Shown piece after piece: positions 31,525-41,765 of a DNA stretch of 64,000 bases. A program made the position numbers and the translations under genes. Source of the stretch: Patescibacteria group bacterium (GTDB taxonomy: Bacteria > Patescibacteriota > Patescibacteriia > UBA10025 > JAHIVO01); assembly GCA_041660605.1 (NCBI GenBank), contig JBAZWB010000002.1, forward strand, positions 239,940-303,939, read 5' to 3'. Within the stretch, counting starts at the first letter, position 1. Each line of letters begins with the position of its first letter. Under the pieces are notes generated by a model. The model saw only the letters and a program-made list of their open reading frames with translations, was not told the DNA's origin and made no database searches.

Positions 31525-32353
31525 CATTCAAAAAGACCGGATTAAAACCAGCTACGCAGAGCGCGCCAAAATTACTAAAAATCCTGTGGCCAAAAGCCTG
31601 CTGGAGCTGATGGAGCAGAAAAAAACCAATCTCTGCCTGGCTGATGACGAAAACGAACCTGAAAAATTTCTGGAACGGGCAGAATGGCTGGGCCCGGAGA
31701 TTGCCGTCCTGAAAACACATATTGATATTATTGATAATTTTACGCCGGAATTTATCGGGCAGCTGACCGCGCTTTCTAAAAAACATAATTTCCTGATTTT
31801 CGAAGACCGCAAATTCGCCGATATCGGCAATACAGTGAAAATGCAGTATCGCCGCGGCCTGTATAAAATTGCCGAATGGGCGCACCTGACCAACGCACAT
31901 ATCGTGCCCGGGCCTGGCATCATCGAGGGCCTGAAATCCGCCGCGGCTAATATAAAAGAACCCCGCGGCCTGATCCTGCTGGCGCAGATGAGTTCCAAAG
32001 GCAACCTGGCGACCGCGGAATATACAAAAACAGCCGTGCAAATGGCGCTTAATTATGAAGACTTCGTGGTGGGTTTTATCGGCAACGGCGGTGATATTAA
32101 CGAATTGAAAAAATTAACGGCGATAGCACCTTCACAGTTTATTATTCTGACGCCGGGCGTGAAAATCGGCGGCGGTGATGACGCCCTGAAACAGCAATAC
32201 ACAACGCCAAGCGAGGTGATAGCGGCGGGTTCTGATATAATCATCGTCGGCCGGGGCATTTATGAGTCCAGCGATCCGCAAAAAATCGGACAACTCTACC
32301 GCCAGGCCGGTTGGGAAGCATACCTAAAAAGGATAAAAAATCCGAAATCCTAA
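31514..32353 (+). CDS. pyrF: Orotidine 5'-phosphate decarboxylase, eukaryote/URA3-like type
   Basis: Long collinear matches to yeast URA3 blocks: KTNLC...LLKTH.DI, FLxFEDRKFADIGNTVK.QY, IAEWA..TNAH, EPRGL.L.A..S, SDIIIVGRG and AGWEAYL.R. Confidence 0.85.
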   Translation: MASNIQKDRIKTSYAERAKITKNPVAKSLLELMEQKKTNLCLADDENEPEKFLERAEWLGPEIAVLKTHIDIIDNFTPEFIGQLTALSKKHNFLIFEDRKFADIGNTVKMQYRRGLYKIAEWAHLTNAHIVPGPGIIEGLKSAAANIKEPRGLILLAQMSSKGNLATAEYTKTAVQMALNYEDFVVGFIGNGGDINELKKLTAIAPSQFIILTPGVKIGGGDDALKQQYTTPSEVIAAGSDIIIVGRGIYESSDPQKIGQLYRQAGWEAYLKRIKNPKS

Positions 32354-32512
32354 GCACGAAATTCGAAACAAATCCTAAACCCTGATGACAAAATTTCTAA
32401 ACAGTAATAATTACCAGTTTTTAACATTAGAATTTAGATATTGTTTCGAGCTTCGAAATTAGTGCTTCGAATTTATAAAATATACATTATAAATTATTAA
32501 TTATAAATTATC
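32354..32512. repeat. Roughly 140-bp intergenic palindromic element, copy 2 (upstream of the carbamoyltransferase gene)
   Basis: See copy 1. Same blocks in the same order. Confidence 0.6.
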
Positions 32513-33448
32513 ATGAAACACCTACTCCATCTCAAAGACTACTCCGCCGAAGACATCAAACACCTGATCCATAAGGCAATGGATATCAAAGCCAACCAGG
32601 CGCATTACCACGACTCCCTGAAAAACAAAAACCTGATCATGCTTTTCCAAAAAGGTTCAACGCGTACGCGCTTATCATTTGAGGCAGGCATGACGCAGCT
32701 TGGGGGGCACGGCATATTCGTAGATCAGAAAACCACCCAATTCTCCCTGACCGATTTCCGCGATGAAATACGGGCGGTCATGCGCTTCGGGGACATTCTG
32801 ATGTTTCGGGCCATGAAATTCGCCGATGTGCAGACAGCCGCTGACCAGGATATGATACCGGTCATAGACGCCTGCTCGGAAAAATACCATCCCTGCCAGG
32901 CATTAGGCGATCTGCTGACTATGGCCGAGCATTCCGGTGGGCTGGAAAAAATTAAAAAAATCGTCTGGCTGGGCATTGAAAATAACGTACTCAATACTTT
33001 GAAGCTGGCCTGCGCCAAACTAGGGATAGAAGTATATATTGTCTCACCAAAAGTGCATCCTATCAGCGTTGACGAGGAACTGAATAAAATGGCTGAGGCC
33101 ACAGGCTTGATTCATAAAACTTTAAACCTGGAGGAGGCTCTGAAAAATGCCAACTATGTGCACACCGACACCTGGATGGATATGGAATTTTTTGATAATG
33201 GCAAAGTCAAACCGGACTACAAAGACGAGTATGAAGAACGCATCAAATTATTTAAACCCTACCAGCTGAATGCGGAACTGATAAATAGATACGCCCCACA
33301 GGCGAAAATCATGCACTGCATGCCCTGCCACATTGGCTATGAAACAACCCGCGACGCCATTGACCACCCGAACTCCGTCATCTTTGACCAGGCAGAAAAC
33401 CGCATGCACGCCCAAAAGGCGATCATCTTGCACCTGCTGGGGAAATAA
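32513..33448 (+). CDS. argF: Ornithine carbamoyltransferase-family transcarbamylase
   Basis: STRTR carbamoyl-phosphate motif and an HCMP-type second-substrate motif. Exact substrate uncertain. Confidence 0.6.
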   Translation: MKHLLHLKDYSAEDIKHLIHKAMDIKANQAHYHDSLKNKNLIMLFQKGSTRTRLSFEAGMTQLGGHGIFVDQKTTQFSLTDFRDEIRAVMRFGDILMFRAMKFADVQTAADQDMIPVIDACSEKYHPCQALGDLLTMAEHSGGLEKIKKIVWLGIENNVLNTLKLACAKLGIEVYIVSPKVHPISVDEELNKMAEATGLIHKTLNLEEALKNANYVHTDTWMDMEFFDNGKVKPDYKDEYEERIKLFKPYQLNAELINRYAPQAKIMHCMPCHIGYETTRDAIDHPNSVIFDQAENRMHAQKAIILHLLGK

Positions 33449-33468
33449 CCGGAAACGATTCACATCCT

Positions 33469-33505
33469 GTTCAGTCGGGATTACTAATCCCGACTGAACT
33501 TTTTT
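33469..33505 (+). terminator. Rho-independent terminator
   Basis: 14-bp stem GTTCAGTCGGGATT/AATCCCGACTGAAC, followed by T6. Confidence 0.8.
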
Positions 33506-33615
33506 ATTATTGCTTACCTTAGGCGATTCTGCTAAGATAATAGACCAACAAAAAAAGAAAAAAAGTAATATTAACAATAAAATATACAGTAAAAACCCAC
33601 GAAAGGAGAACAAAG

Positions 33616-36356
33616 TGGCTGTTTTTCGATTAGCAATCGGCTCACACAGTCACCCGGACGTCTTTAAAATATTCAATTTTGAGACGGAAGGTTCACTGCC
33701 GCTGAACACTCAGATTATCGCCGATCATTTTATTGATTCGGTGACTGAGTATTCAGTAAAAGAAATGCCACCCGGTAAATTTCTCGAAGTAATCTACCAT
33801 AATGGTGTCATAGACCCCTGTCAGGAGTCTATTCTGACAGCGTGCGAATCACTCGGCGTTCCTGTCATTGCCGCCAAGGTATCGAAGCGCTATTACAGTA
33901 ATGCTCAGGACGATGTTTATGTAAACAAAATGGTTCACATTACGTTTACCAGCGAGCCTGCACTCGAAACGCTTCGTCCGCGAGGCAGCCGCAAAGGCAT
34001 GCAAGTGTTCGACCTTACCGCCATGAGCGATAACGAACTCATTGCTCTGGGAAACGGCACTCATGATCGGCGTAAAGGCTGTGATCTTGCTCTGACTCTC
34101 GAAGATATGGAAAAACTAAGGGAGATGCAAATTCGCGACAAGCTGCCGTGCGTTACCGACGTTTTTCTTGAAACATTCGGCGCTCGATGGTCGGATCATT
34201 GCAATCATAAGAAATGGAGAAAGCTGAGCCTCTTCAGGATTCTCAAAGATGCTACTAAAAGGATCAGAAATTCCAACCTTGTGTCTGCCTTCGTTGACAA
34301 CGCCGGCGTCTGGAAATTCTTTGAGAAATTCGTGATCGCGCTCAAACTGGAGACTCACTGCAGTCCGAGCCAGATGGAACCATACGGCGGCCAGCTCACC
34401 AAGCTAGGCGGCGTATTGCGCGACATTATTTTTTGTGGTCTTGGTTTTAGACCGATTCTCAACATTGAGATGACCGCAGTCGGAGAATTCATCCGAAAGA
34501 AATTCCCTCTGCTTGAAGGAATAGCCCTCTCTGCCCGGACAATCGCCCGTGAAACCATTCGAGCCATTGCTGACTATGGCAATCCTATGGGAGTTCCTAT
34601 GGCTTTGGCAAGAATGCTCAGCCATTTTTCTTTCAGCGGAAAAGTATTCGCGCTGGGAGGAACTGTCGGCCTTGGACGTGAGGATTGTGCACTACAAGGT
34701 ATTCCTCAAAAAGGCGACTTTGTATTAATGGTTGGGGGCCGGACGGGCAACGACGGTCTGCATGGCGCAACCGTAAGTTCCGGAGAAATTACCGAACAAA
34801 CGGACAGCGGGGATTCCTGCCATGTCCAGATCGGTAATCCATTTCAGGAACAAAAAATGGTTATGGCCATTGAAGACCTGCGTGACGCTGGATGCCCTCG
34901 CAGATTAAATGACTTTGGCGCTGCTGGTATTGTTTCCGCCATCGCGGAAATGGGAGAGCAGGCTGAAGGCGGCGGAGGTGTTCTAGTAAATCTGGCGCTT
35001 GTTCCTCTTAAGTGCGCTGGACTGGAAAACTGGCAGATTGCTCTATCGGAAAGCCAGGAACGCGGAGGCATAATCATCATTCGTGAGAAGCTTGACGAGG
35101 CTATTGAAATTCTGCGTCGTCACCAGCTTGAGTACGCGGTTGTCGGTATTGTCACCTGCAATGGCCGTTTCCAGATGATCTACGATCCTGATGCGACTGA
35201 TCTGCATTCAGATATGCCGCTTTCCGGAGAAATCTGTCTGGATGTGCCATACGTCTATTTCGATGAATGCCCATTGCCGCAGATCGAGATTATTGAACCG
35301 CCGGTTCGGACTGATACTGTCGATTTCCCAGAAATCACACTTGATAATGTAGAAGAAATGGCTGTTCAAGTAACTAGCCATTTTGATGCATGTAATCAAG
35401 AGCAGGCTACAACCCAGTACGACGGTACAGTAATTGGAACTAATGTCCAGGGATCTCTCTATGGTCGCGATTATAATGTAACCTCTCATCTGGCTGTCAG
35501 TCGACCGGTGTATGGGAGACCCTATGCCGTGACCATCAGCCAGAGCTTCAGCCCCTGGCAATTTGAAGTCAATCCGCAACTGGCCGCCCGGAACGCAATG
35601 ATCGATGCCATCATTACCCAGGTAGCGAGCGGTATCCGAAGAACTGACGTTTGCGAAGCTGACAATTTTTACACCCCTACTCAACTGGATCCCTATGCCT
35701 ACTACTGGTTGGTTAAACAGGTGCAAGAAATTGCCGCACTCTCCGAACTGACCGAAACGCCATTTGTCAGCGGCAAAGACAGTTCGTCTGGCACGGGATT
35801 TGGCGTGAATGTTGTCCCCAGCGTTGTGATTACGGCCATGGGCAAGATTAGCGACTATCGCAATCTCATAATGCACCTGTGGCAGAAACCTTGCAGTACT
35901 CTAATTGCTGTAGGACCGCAGTTCAAGACTTTGAGCGGCTCTATACTGTCTTCATCGCTCGGGCTAACCGGAACGATACTTGAAAGTATGCCACGAGAAG
36001 AAGTGCGAGAGTATCTCGACCGGCTTTACCAACTGGTAACCTCTGGCAAGGTACTATCGTCCGTTCCCATCAACCGCGGAGGGATTTTGCTTCGTCTCTT
36101 CGAGGGAATAATTGCTTCAGGGTTTGGTGTGAAAACACCGCTCTGTCAGGAATTATTTCCGGAAAGTTACGGAGCAGCATTGCTGGAAGTCCCGTCTTCT
36201 GCCGCCGGGTATATTTTAACCAATTACGCCGACCTCAATCCACGGATTGTCGGTGAAATCGTCGACTACAGAAGCCTGACAGTATGTGGTCGAAACATTG
36301 ATCTGAATCTTCTATTCAATGGCTGGAACACAACATTTCAAAAGGCGGTGGCGTGA
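33616..36356 (+). CDS. purL: PurS-PurL fusion-like phosphoribosylformylglycinamidine synthase (FGAM synthase) large subunit
   Basis: GTG start after an AAGGAG RBS. N-terminal PurS-like (VIDPCQESILTACESLGV). PurL core ETHCSPSQMEPYGGQLTKLGG (compare ETHNHPSAIEPYQGAATG). Confidence 0.6.
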
Positions 36357-36994
36357 TGAAAAAGCGAGTAACCATACTCTTTGCTCCCGGGACAAACTGT
36401 CACACGGAAACAATCAAGGCTTTTAATCAGGCTGACGCGGACGCCCGACTTGTATTTCTGGACGATATCCTCAAGGGACGGATCGCAATCACTGACTGCG
36501 ACATCTTCTTTGTCCCTGGTGGATTTTCCTTCGGAGATCATATCAACACCGGCACCGTTGTTGCCATACTACTGCGTGATTTCTTCCCGTTGCTTCTTGA
36601 GGCGGGGATTCCTGTGGGAGGTGAGTGCAACGGATTCCAGATCCTCATGCGGGCAGGTTTCTTTGGCCACGACGTTACCCTGACTGAAAATGTTTCCGGG
36701 GTATTCTGCAGCCGGCCAGTGTTGCACCGGGTAATTGCTTCACCGTGCATCTGGACTGCCGGGCTTGAGGGGAGAGTGTTTGGATTCCCTTCAGCACATC
36801 ACGGTGGCAGGATCGTTGGTAACACCGATCGGCTTAATGTGGTTATGACCTACGAGTCACTATCACCTAACGGCAGCCGTATCGCCGCTATCTGCTCAGA
36901 AAACGGGCAAGTGTTCGGCATTATGGACCACATGACACGCCCATATGACAATCCGGACGGACAGTTCATTTTCCAAAACGTTCTCAAGGCGTAA
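36353..36994 (+). CDS. purQ: FGAM synthase glutamine amidotransferase subunit
   Basis: Class I GATase: GGFSFGD, Cys nucleophile in GECNGFQIL, and a downstream His. Its start overlaps the purL stop. Confidence 0.6.
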   Translation: MMKKRVTILFAPGTNCHTETIKAFNQADADARLVFLDDILKGRIAITDCDIFFVPGGFSFGDHINTGTVVAILLRDFFPLLLEAGIPVGGECNGFQILMRAGFFGHDVTLTENVSGVFCSRPVLHRVIASPCIWTAGLEGRVFGFPSAHHGGRIVGNTDRLNVVMTYESLSPNGSRIAAICSENGQVFGIMDHMTRPYDNPDGQFIFQNVLKA

Positions 36995-37041
36995 TAAATT
37001 ATTCCCGCGCCTGGTGTGACGAAACTAACTAAAATCGCAAC

Positions 37042-37070
37042 TTCTAACAAGCCTGTACACTGTGTGTACA
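37042..37070 (+). terminator. Rho-independent terminator
   Basis: CCTGTACAC-TGT-GTGTACAGG, followed by T7. Confidence 0.8.
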
Positions 37071-37084
37071 GGTCTTTTTTTATT

Positions 37085-37126
37085 TAAAAAAATAAAAGCG
37101 CCCGGGAAAACCTCAGTTGGGCGCTT
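37085..37126 (-). terminator. Terminator of the minus-strand gene 37125–37913
   Basis: AAGCGCCC...GGGCGCTT hairpin, followed by a T-run on the minus strand. Confidence 0.6.
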
Positions 37127-37913
37127 ATTTTACTTTAACAGATCGCGGTTCGTAGAACGGACGGGGAATACGGAAAGCATTGTGGCACTTCGGACAGTTA
37201 ACCAATTCGGTGGTTAAACACTTCGGCCCGCGATGGATGCGGAAGGAGCGTTTAACGGAATGTGCTCCACGGGAAGCCGGCATTTCGGTGCGGGTCAGAT
37301 AACCTTTTTTCTGCAATTCGCGTAAATGGTCGCGCACCTGGCCGGCTGTCTTCAGATAAAGATTCACGTCCGGCATAGTCAGTAGGTCCTCGGCCGACGG
37401 CCAGTACAAATGCTGCAGCCACCAGTCAATCAGCGAGCAGAGCAGCCAGTACTGGGCATCTGATAAGTCGCGGAATCCCGGCCGTTCACTGGCAGCCGAA
37501 AGCGCCTGTTCTGTCTTTTCCCGGCTGTCCTCATAGCGCTTTTTCCATTCCGGAAAAACCGTCCAAACTTCCGACAGCTTATAGAAACGCACCGGCACCA
37601 GATAGGGCTGGCGGTAGCGAATGACATAACTCACGCCTTTATCCTTCAGGTGGCGCAAGATAGCCGAACGCACCCAGCTGACGACGTTCACCAGCCAGTC
37701 AGAACAGACATAAACCTCGCTGGAAATCTGTAATTCATCTGTGAACTTAGGAACCTGCTCTTCTTCCGGTTTGGGATGCAATTCCTTGTCCACATCACGA
37801 ACCAGCCAGGCGCTGCATCCGGCTTGCGTCATAATTTCCGCTTTAGTTAACTGGCCTGCCTGAAGCAACTGCCGCACTTTTAACCGCTTATCAAGGGGCT
37901 CTTTTTTTGGCAT
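37125..37913 (-). CDS. Hypothetical protein with an N-terminal HTH-like region and a C-terminal zinc ribbon
   Basis: CPKCHNAF near the C-terminus. No clear family match. Confidence 0.45.
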   Translation of the reverse strand: MPKKEPLDKRLKVRQLLQAGQLTKAEIMTQAGCSAWLVRDVDKELHPKPEEEQVPKFTDELQISSEVYVCSDWLVNVVSWVRSAILRHLKDKGVSYVIRYRQPYLVPVRFYKLSEVWTVFPEWKKRYEDSREKTEQALSAASERPGFRDLSDAQYWLLCSLIDWWLQHLYWPSAEDLLTMPDVNLYLKTAGQVRDHLRELQKKGYLTRTEMPASRGAHSVKRSFRIHRGPKCLTTELVNCPKCHNAFRIPRPFYEPRSVKVK

Positions 37914-38072
37914 CTTCTCCCTCCATATTATTTGCCAATATTGAAAAATCTAAAACTAGCTGATTATCTTAACAAAAAAATAGTAATTTAGCAAACTACC
38001 CTTGACAAAATATAATTTTAAAGATATACTGGCGCGTTAAATAGATCGTTCAACATTCCACGGAGGGAAATC

Positions 38073-38318
38073 ATGACACTCGCGCAATTACTGGCCGCAG
38101 CCATCATTATTCTGATGGCCAGAGCATTCATTAGGCATCATCGCGGTCACCGCTCACAGTGGCCGGGAAGATTCAAGGCAGCGTCCATAGCTTTTATGGA
38201 CATATTGCTGCCAGACTGGCGCAATATTGCCATAAACCTAACGCTAGTCGTCGTCAGCGCACTTTTACTGCTCTTCCTTGTGGGCGGGGCATTACAAGTG
38301 TTTGTAGCTGGCGCCTAA
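38073..38318 (+). CDS. Small membrane protein, hypothetical
   Basis: Two hydrophobic helices. Promoter TTGACA/TATACT upstream. Confidence 0.35.
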   Translation: MTLAQLLAAAIIILMARAFIRHHRGHRSQWPGRFKAASIAFMDILLPDWRNIAINLTLVVVSALLLLFLVGGALQVFVAGA

Positions 38319-38482
38319 ACTATACCAACCGTCTGTTGCATCAATCTAGATGCAGCCGACGGTTCTTATTATTGGCGAACATCATTAAAAATGCTATAAT
38401 ATTCACATCTTACAACCAATAGAGGGAAAATCACCCTTGTTTATTTTTATCTCAAATCAACCGTAATTGGTATTAATAAAAA

Positions 38483-41158
38483 ATGTTTCTCCAAAAATTA
38501 GTAATTCAGGGATTTAAATCTTTCGCCAATAAAACCGGACTGGAATTCACCCAGGGCACCACGGCTATTGTCGGCCCCAACGGTTCCGGGAAATCAAATA
38601 TTGCCGATGCCGTGCGCTGGGTGCTGGGCGAACAGAGCCTGAAAACCCTGCGTGGGAAAAAATCAGGCGATGTTATTTTCGCCGGTTCAGATAAAAAAAC
38701 CCGTTTGGGCTTTTGCCAGGTGGATATGCATCTGAATAACGTTGACCGCAAAGCGCCGATAGATTTCGATGAAATCGTCATTTCCCGGAAAATCTACCGC
38801 GATGGCGAAGGGGAATATTATATCAATAAAAATCACGTCCGGCTGCAGGACATCCTTATGCTGCTGGCAAAATCAAATTTCGGCCAAAGAAGCTACAGCA
38901 TCATCAGCCAGGGGATGATTGATTTATTCCTGGCAGCCACGCCGACCCAGCGCAAGGAGTATTTTGACGAGGCAGCCGGCGTCAGGCAATTCCAGATAAA
39001 AAAAGAACAGGCCGGGAACAAACTCGCGCAGACCAGGGATAATTTGAATCAGGCCGGTCTCCTGATCCAGGAAATAGAACCGCGGCTGCGTTCGCTGACC
39101 AGGCAGGTGCATCGCCTGGAACGCAAGGAAGAGATACATAAAGAACTGAAAGAAATACAGCACCGCTATTACGCCGGGCTCTGGCATGATCTCAGGAAAA
39201 AGCATGAGGTTGACGAACAGCACTACCAAAAAACCGAAACCCAGCGGAAAAAAATCCAGGATGAAGCCACTGACCTGCAAAACGAGATAAAGAAATTGGC
39301 CCTGGGAGAAACCCGCCAGGATGCCTTCCAGAATCTGCAGAAAGAGTATAATGAAGCGCAAACAGAAAAAAATCGTCTGCAGAAGGAACAGGCCGTTCTA
39401 AAAGGTAAAATTCAGATTGACCGCGAGCAGAGAGGCGAGATCGATCTGATCTGGCTGGAAAAACGCCAGGAGCAGTTAAAGCATTCTATCACCGGCTTAG
39501 AGCATACAGTTTCCGAGAGCCGGGAAAATATAAATAAATTCACTCGACAGGCAGAGGAAAGAAAAAAAGAGCTGGCCGCCATCAAACAGCAAATAGAAGC
39601 GATTAACGGCAATCTGTCTGTCGCTAAGAATAAATTGCTGAATAAAAAACCGCTGGCTATCCCGGAAATCTCAGAAAACGTAGCCGGCATTTATCAGCAG
39701 CAGAAAGAATTACTGGCAAAAATAGAATCAGCGCAAACTCCGGAAGACCTGCAAACCATAAAAGCAGAGGCAAAAGCCCTAACCAATCGCTTGTCGCAAC
39801 TCAATCATTTATTGAAAGAATCCGGTACCGGCGACCCGCATGAGGTGATCGCTTTTCAGGATCAGATTTCCAAACTACTGTCAAAAAAAGATGAGTTGGT
39901 CAGTTTTATTAACGATATTACAGTAAAACTGCAGATAGCCGAAGAAAGGCTTAACAACGGGCAAAAACAGCTGGATATATCAAAGGAAGAAATCTTAAAA
40001 ATAACCAGGGAAATTGAACACGCTGATACGCATAAAAATCCCCAGGAAATCGCCTCTGACATTGCCCGGGAAGAAAAGCATCTCAGCGAAAAAATATTAC
40101 AGCTGGACGATAAGCTTTCTAAAATCAACGAGCAGATCCAAAAATTCAACCAGACCGAACAGCAAAAAAAAGAAAACGTCTTTTCCCTGCAAAACCAGTA
40201 TTCAAAAAAACAGGAAGAGATTAATAATATAACCAGCCAATTAAACGCCATCAAAGTGGAATTGGCTAAACTGGAAACCCACCAGGAAGACCTGGAAAAA
40301 GAAATGATAGACGAACTGACCGACGAGGAAAGAAAAAACATTTATGATAATGAAAAACCGCCTATCGCCCAGCCAGAGCTTTTCCAGGAAATTCAGAAAT
40401 TAAAACACCAGCTGGATCTTATCGGCGGCATTGATCCGCAGGTCAGCCAGGAATATGAAGAAACCAACACCAGATACCAATTCCTGACCACGCAAAGCGA
40501 CGACCTGAATAAAGCTTCCGCTGATTTAGAAAAAGCCATTGCCAATCTGGAAGAAACCATAAAAAAACAATTCGACAAATCCTTTGAACAGATAAATGAA
40601 TACTTTACAGAATATTTTAAAATACTGTTTAACGGCGGCAACGCCAGTTTATCGCTGGTTAAAGAAGAGCTGAGGGATGACGATGAAGAAGAAGTGGAAG
40701 AAGGCGGAGAGGAGACTGACGGCGAAAAGGAGCCGGCTGAAGAAAAACCCAAAGAAAAAACGAAACAGGCTTTAAGCGGCGTAAAAGTTATTACCGGTAT
40801 TGATATCCACGCCACCCCTCCGGGTAAAAAATTAAGGGGAATTGCCATGCTTTCCGGCGGCGAAAGGGCGCTGACCTCAATAGCTTTGATTTGCGCAATT
40901 ATCCATAATAATCCCTCACCCTTCGTAATATTGGATGAAGTGGACGCGGCGCTGGATGAATCGAATTCCATACGCTTTGCCTCGATTGTCGAGAGGTTAT
41001 CCAAAAAAACGCAATTCATTGTCATTACCCATAATCGCGCGACCATGAACAAGGCTCACATTCTTTATGGCGTTACCATGGGCGATGACGGTGTTTCCAA
41101 GCTTTTATCAGTCAATATCCAGGAAGCGGAAAAGGTAATCGCTAAAAACCAGATTTGA
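38483..41158 (+). CDS. smc: SMC-family ATPase, short form without a recognisable hinge
   Basis: N-terminal Walker A GPNGSGKSN, long coiled coils, C-terminal signature LSGGERALTSIAL with Walker B ILDEVDAALD. Only 891 aa. Acidic insert DDDEEEVEEGGEETDGEKE. Confidence 0.7.
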   Translation: MFLQKLVIQGFKSFANKTGLEFTQGTTAIVGPNGSGKSNIADAVRWVLGEQSLKTLRGKKSGDVIFAGSDKKTRLGFCQVDMHLNNVDRKAPIDFDEIVISRKIYRDGEGEYYINKNHVRLQDILMLLAKSNFGQRSYSIISQGMIDLFLAATPTQRKEYFDEAAGVRQFQIKKEQAGNKLAQTRDNLNQAGLLIQEIEPRLRSLTRQVHRLERKEEIHKELKEIQHRYYAGLWHDLRKKHEVDEQHYQKTETQRKKIQDEATDLQNEIKKLALGETRQDAFQNLQKEYNEAQTEKNRLQKEQAVLKGKIQIDREQRGEIDLIWLEKRQEQLKHSITGLEHTVSESRENINKFTRQAEERKKELAAIKQQIEAINGNLSVAKNKLLNKKPLAIPEISENVAGIYQQQKELLAKIESAQTPEDLQTIKAEAKALTNRLSQLNHLLKESGTGDPHEVIAFQDQISKLLSKKDELVSFINDITVKLQIAEERLNNGQKQLDISKEEILKITREIEHADTHKNPQEIASDIAREEKHLSEKILQLDDKLSKINEQIQKFNQTEQQKKENVFSLQNQYSKKQEEINNITSQLNAIKVELAKLETHQEDLEKEMIDELTDEERKNIYDNEKPPIAQPELFQEIQKLKHQLDLIGGIDPQVSQEYEETNTRYQFLTTQSDDLNKASADLEKAIANLEETIKKQFDKSFEQINEYFTEYFKILFNGGNASLSLVKEELRDDDEEEVEEGGEETDGEKEPAEEKPKEKTKQALSGVKVITGIDIHATPPGKKLRGIAMLSGGERALTSIALICAIIHNNPSPFVILDEVDAALDESNSIRFASIVERLSKKTQFIVITHNRATMNKAHILYGVTMGDDGVSKLLSVNIQEAEKVIAKNQI

Positions 41159-41193
41159 CATTTTATCCGAAATAAAATAAGATATTACTTACT

Positions 41194-41619
41194 ATGTTAA
41201 TAATCCGTTTAGCCAGATTTGGAAAAAAGAAACACTCTCTTTTTAGGGTAATTATCTCCGAAAAATTACGGGATACCCGGGGGAGTTATTTAGAATTGCT
41301 GGGTAATTATAACCCTCATACCAATAAGGCCGTATTGAAAGACGAGCGCATTAAATATTGGCTGTCCAAAGGCGCGCAGACCTCCGGTACTATCCACAAC
41401 CTTTTATTGGACCATAAAATCATTGAGGGTAAAAAAATTAAGGTGGCCAATATAAAGAAGAAGCCTGAAGAAAAAAAGGAAGCCAGCGCCCCAGCCAAAC
41501 CCGCAGCTACCGAGGTAAAACCCGAGCCGAAAAAAGAAGAACCAAAGGCTGAAACTAAGCCGGCGGAGAAAAAAGAAGAAAAACCGGTCGAGGCCAAACC
41601 CGCAGTCGAAAAAAAATAA
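41194..41619 (+). CDS. rpsP: 30S ribosomal protein S16 with a K/E/P/A-rich C-terminal tail
   Basis: MLIIRLARFGKKKHSLFRVI... S16 signature. Tail PEEKKEASAPAKPAATEVKPEPKKEEPK. Confidence 0.85.
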   Translation: MLIIRLARFGKKKHSLFRVIISEKLRDTRGSYLELLGNYNPHTNKAVLKDERIKYWLSKGAQTSGTIHNLLLDHKIIEGKKIKVANIKKKPEEKKEASAPAKPAATEVKPEPKKEEPKAETKPAEKKEEKPVEAKPAVEKK

Positions 41620-41696
41620 AACAACAAAGCCCCTATAAACCAATGTTATCGTTACGGGAAGGGGGATTTTTTATTGTCCTAGAAAGAAGCGGGAGC

Positions 41697-41725
41697 TTGA
41701 CATTCAGGGATAATTGCGCTAATAT
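41697..41725 (+). promoter_or_regulatory. Sigma70-type promoter of the beta-helix protein gene
   Basis: TTGACA, 17 bp, TAATAT. Confidence 0.45.
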
Positions 41726-41765
41726 AGACTGTTTATTGATCAGATAATAATTAACCGCAAATTAT

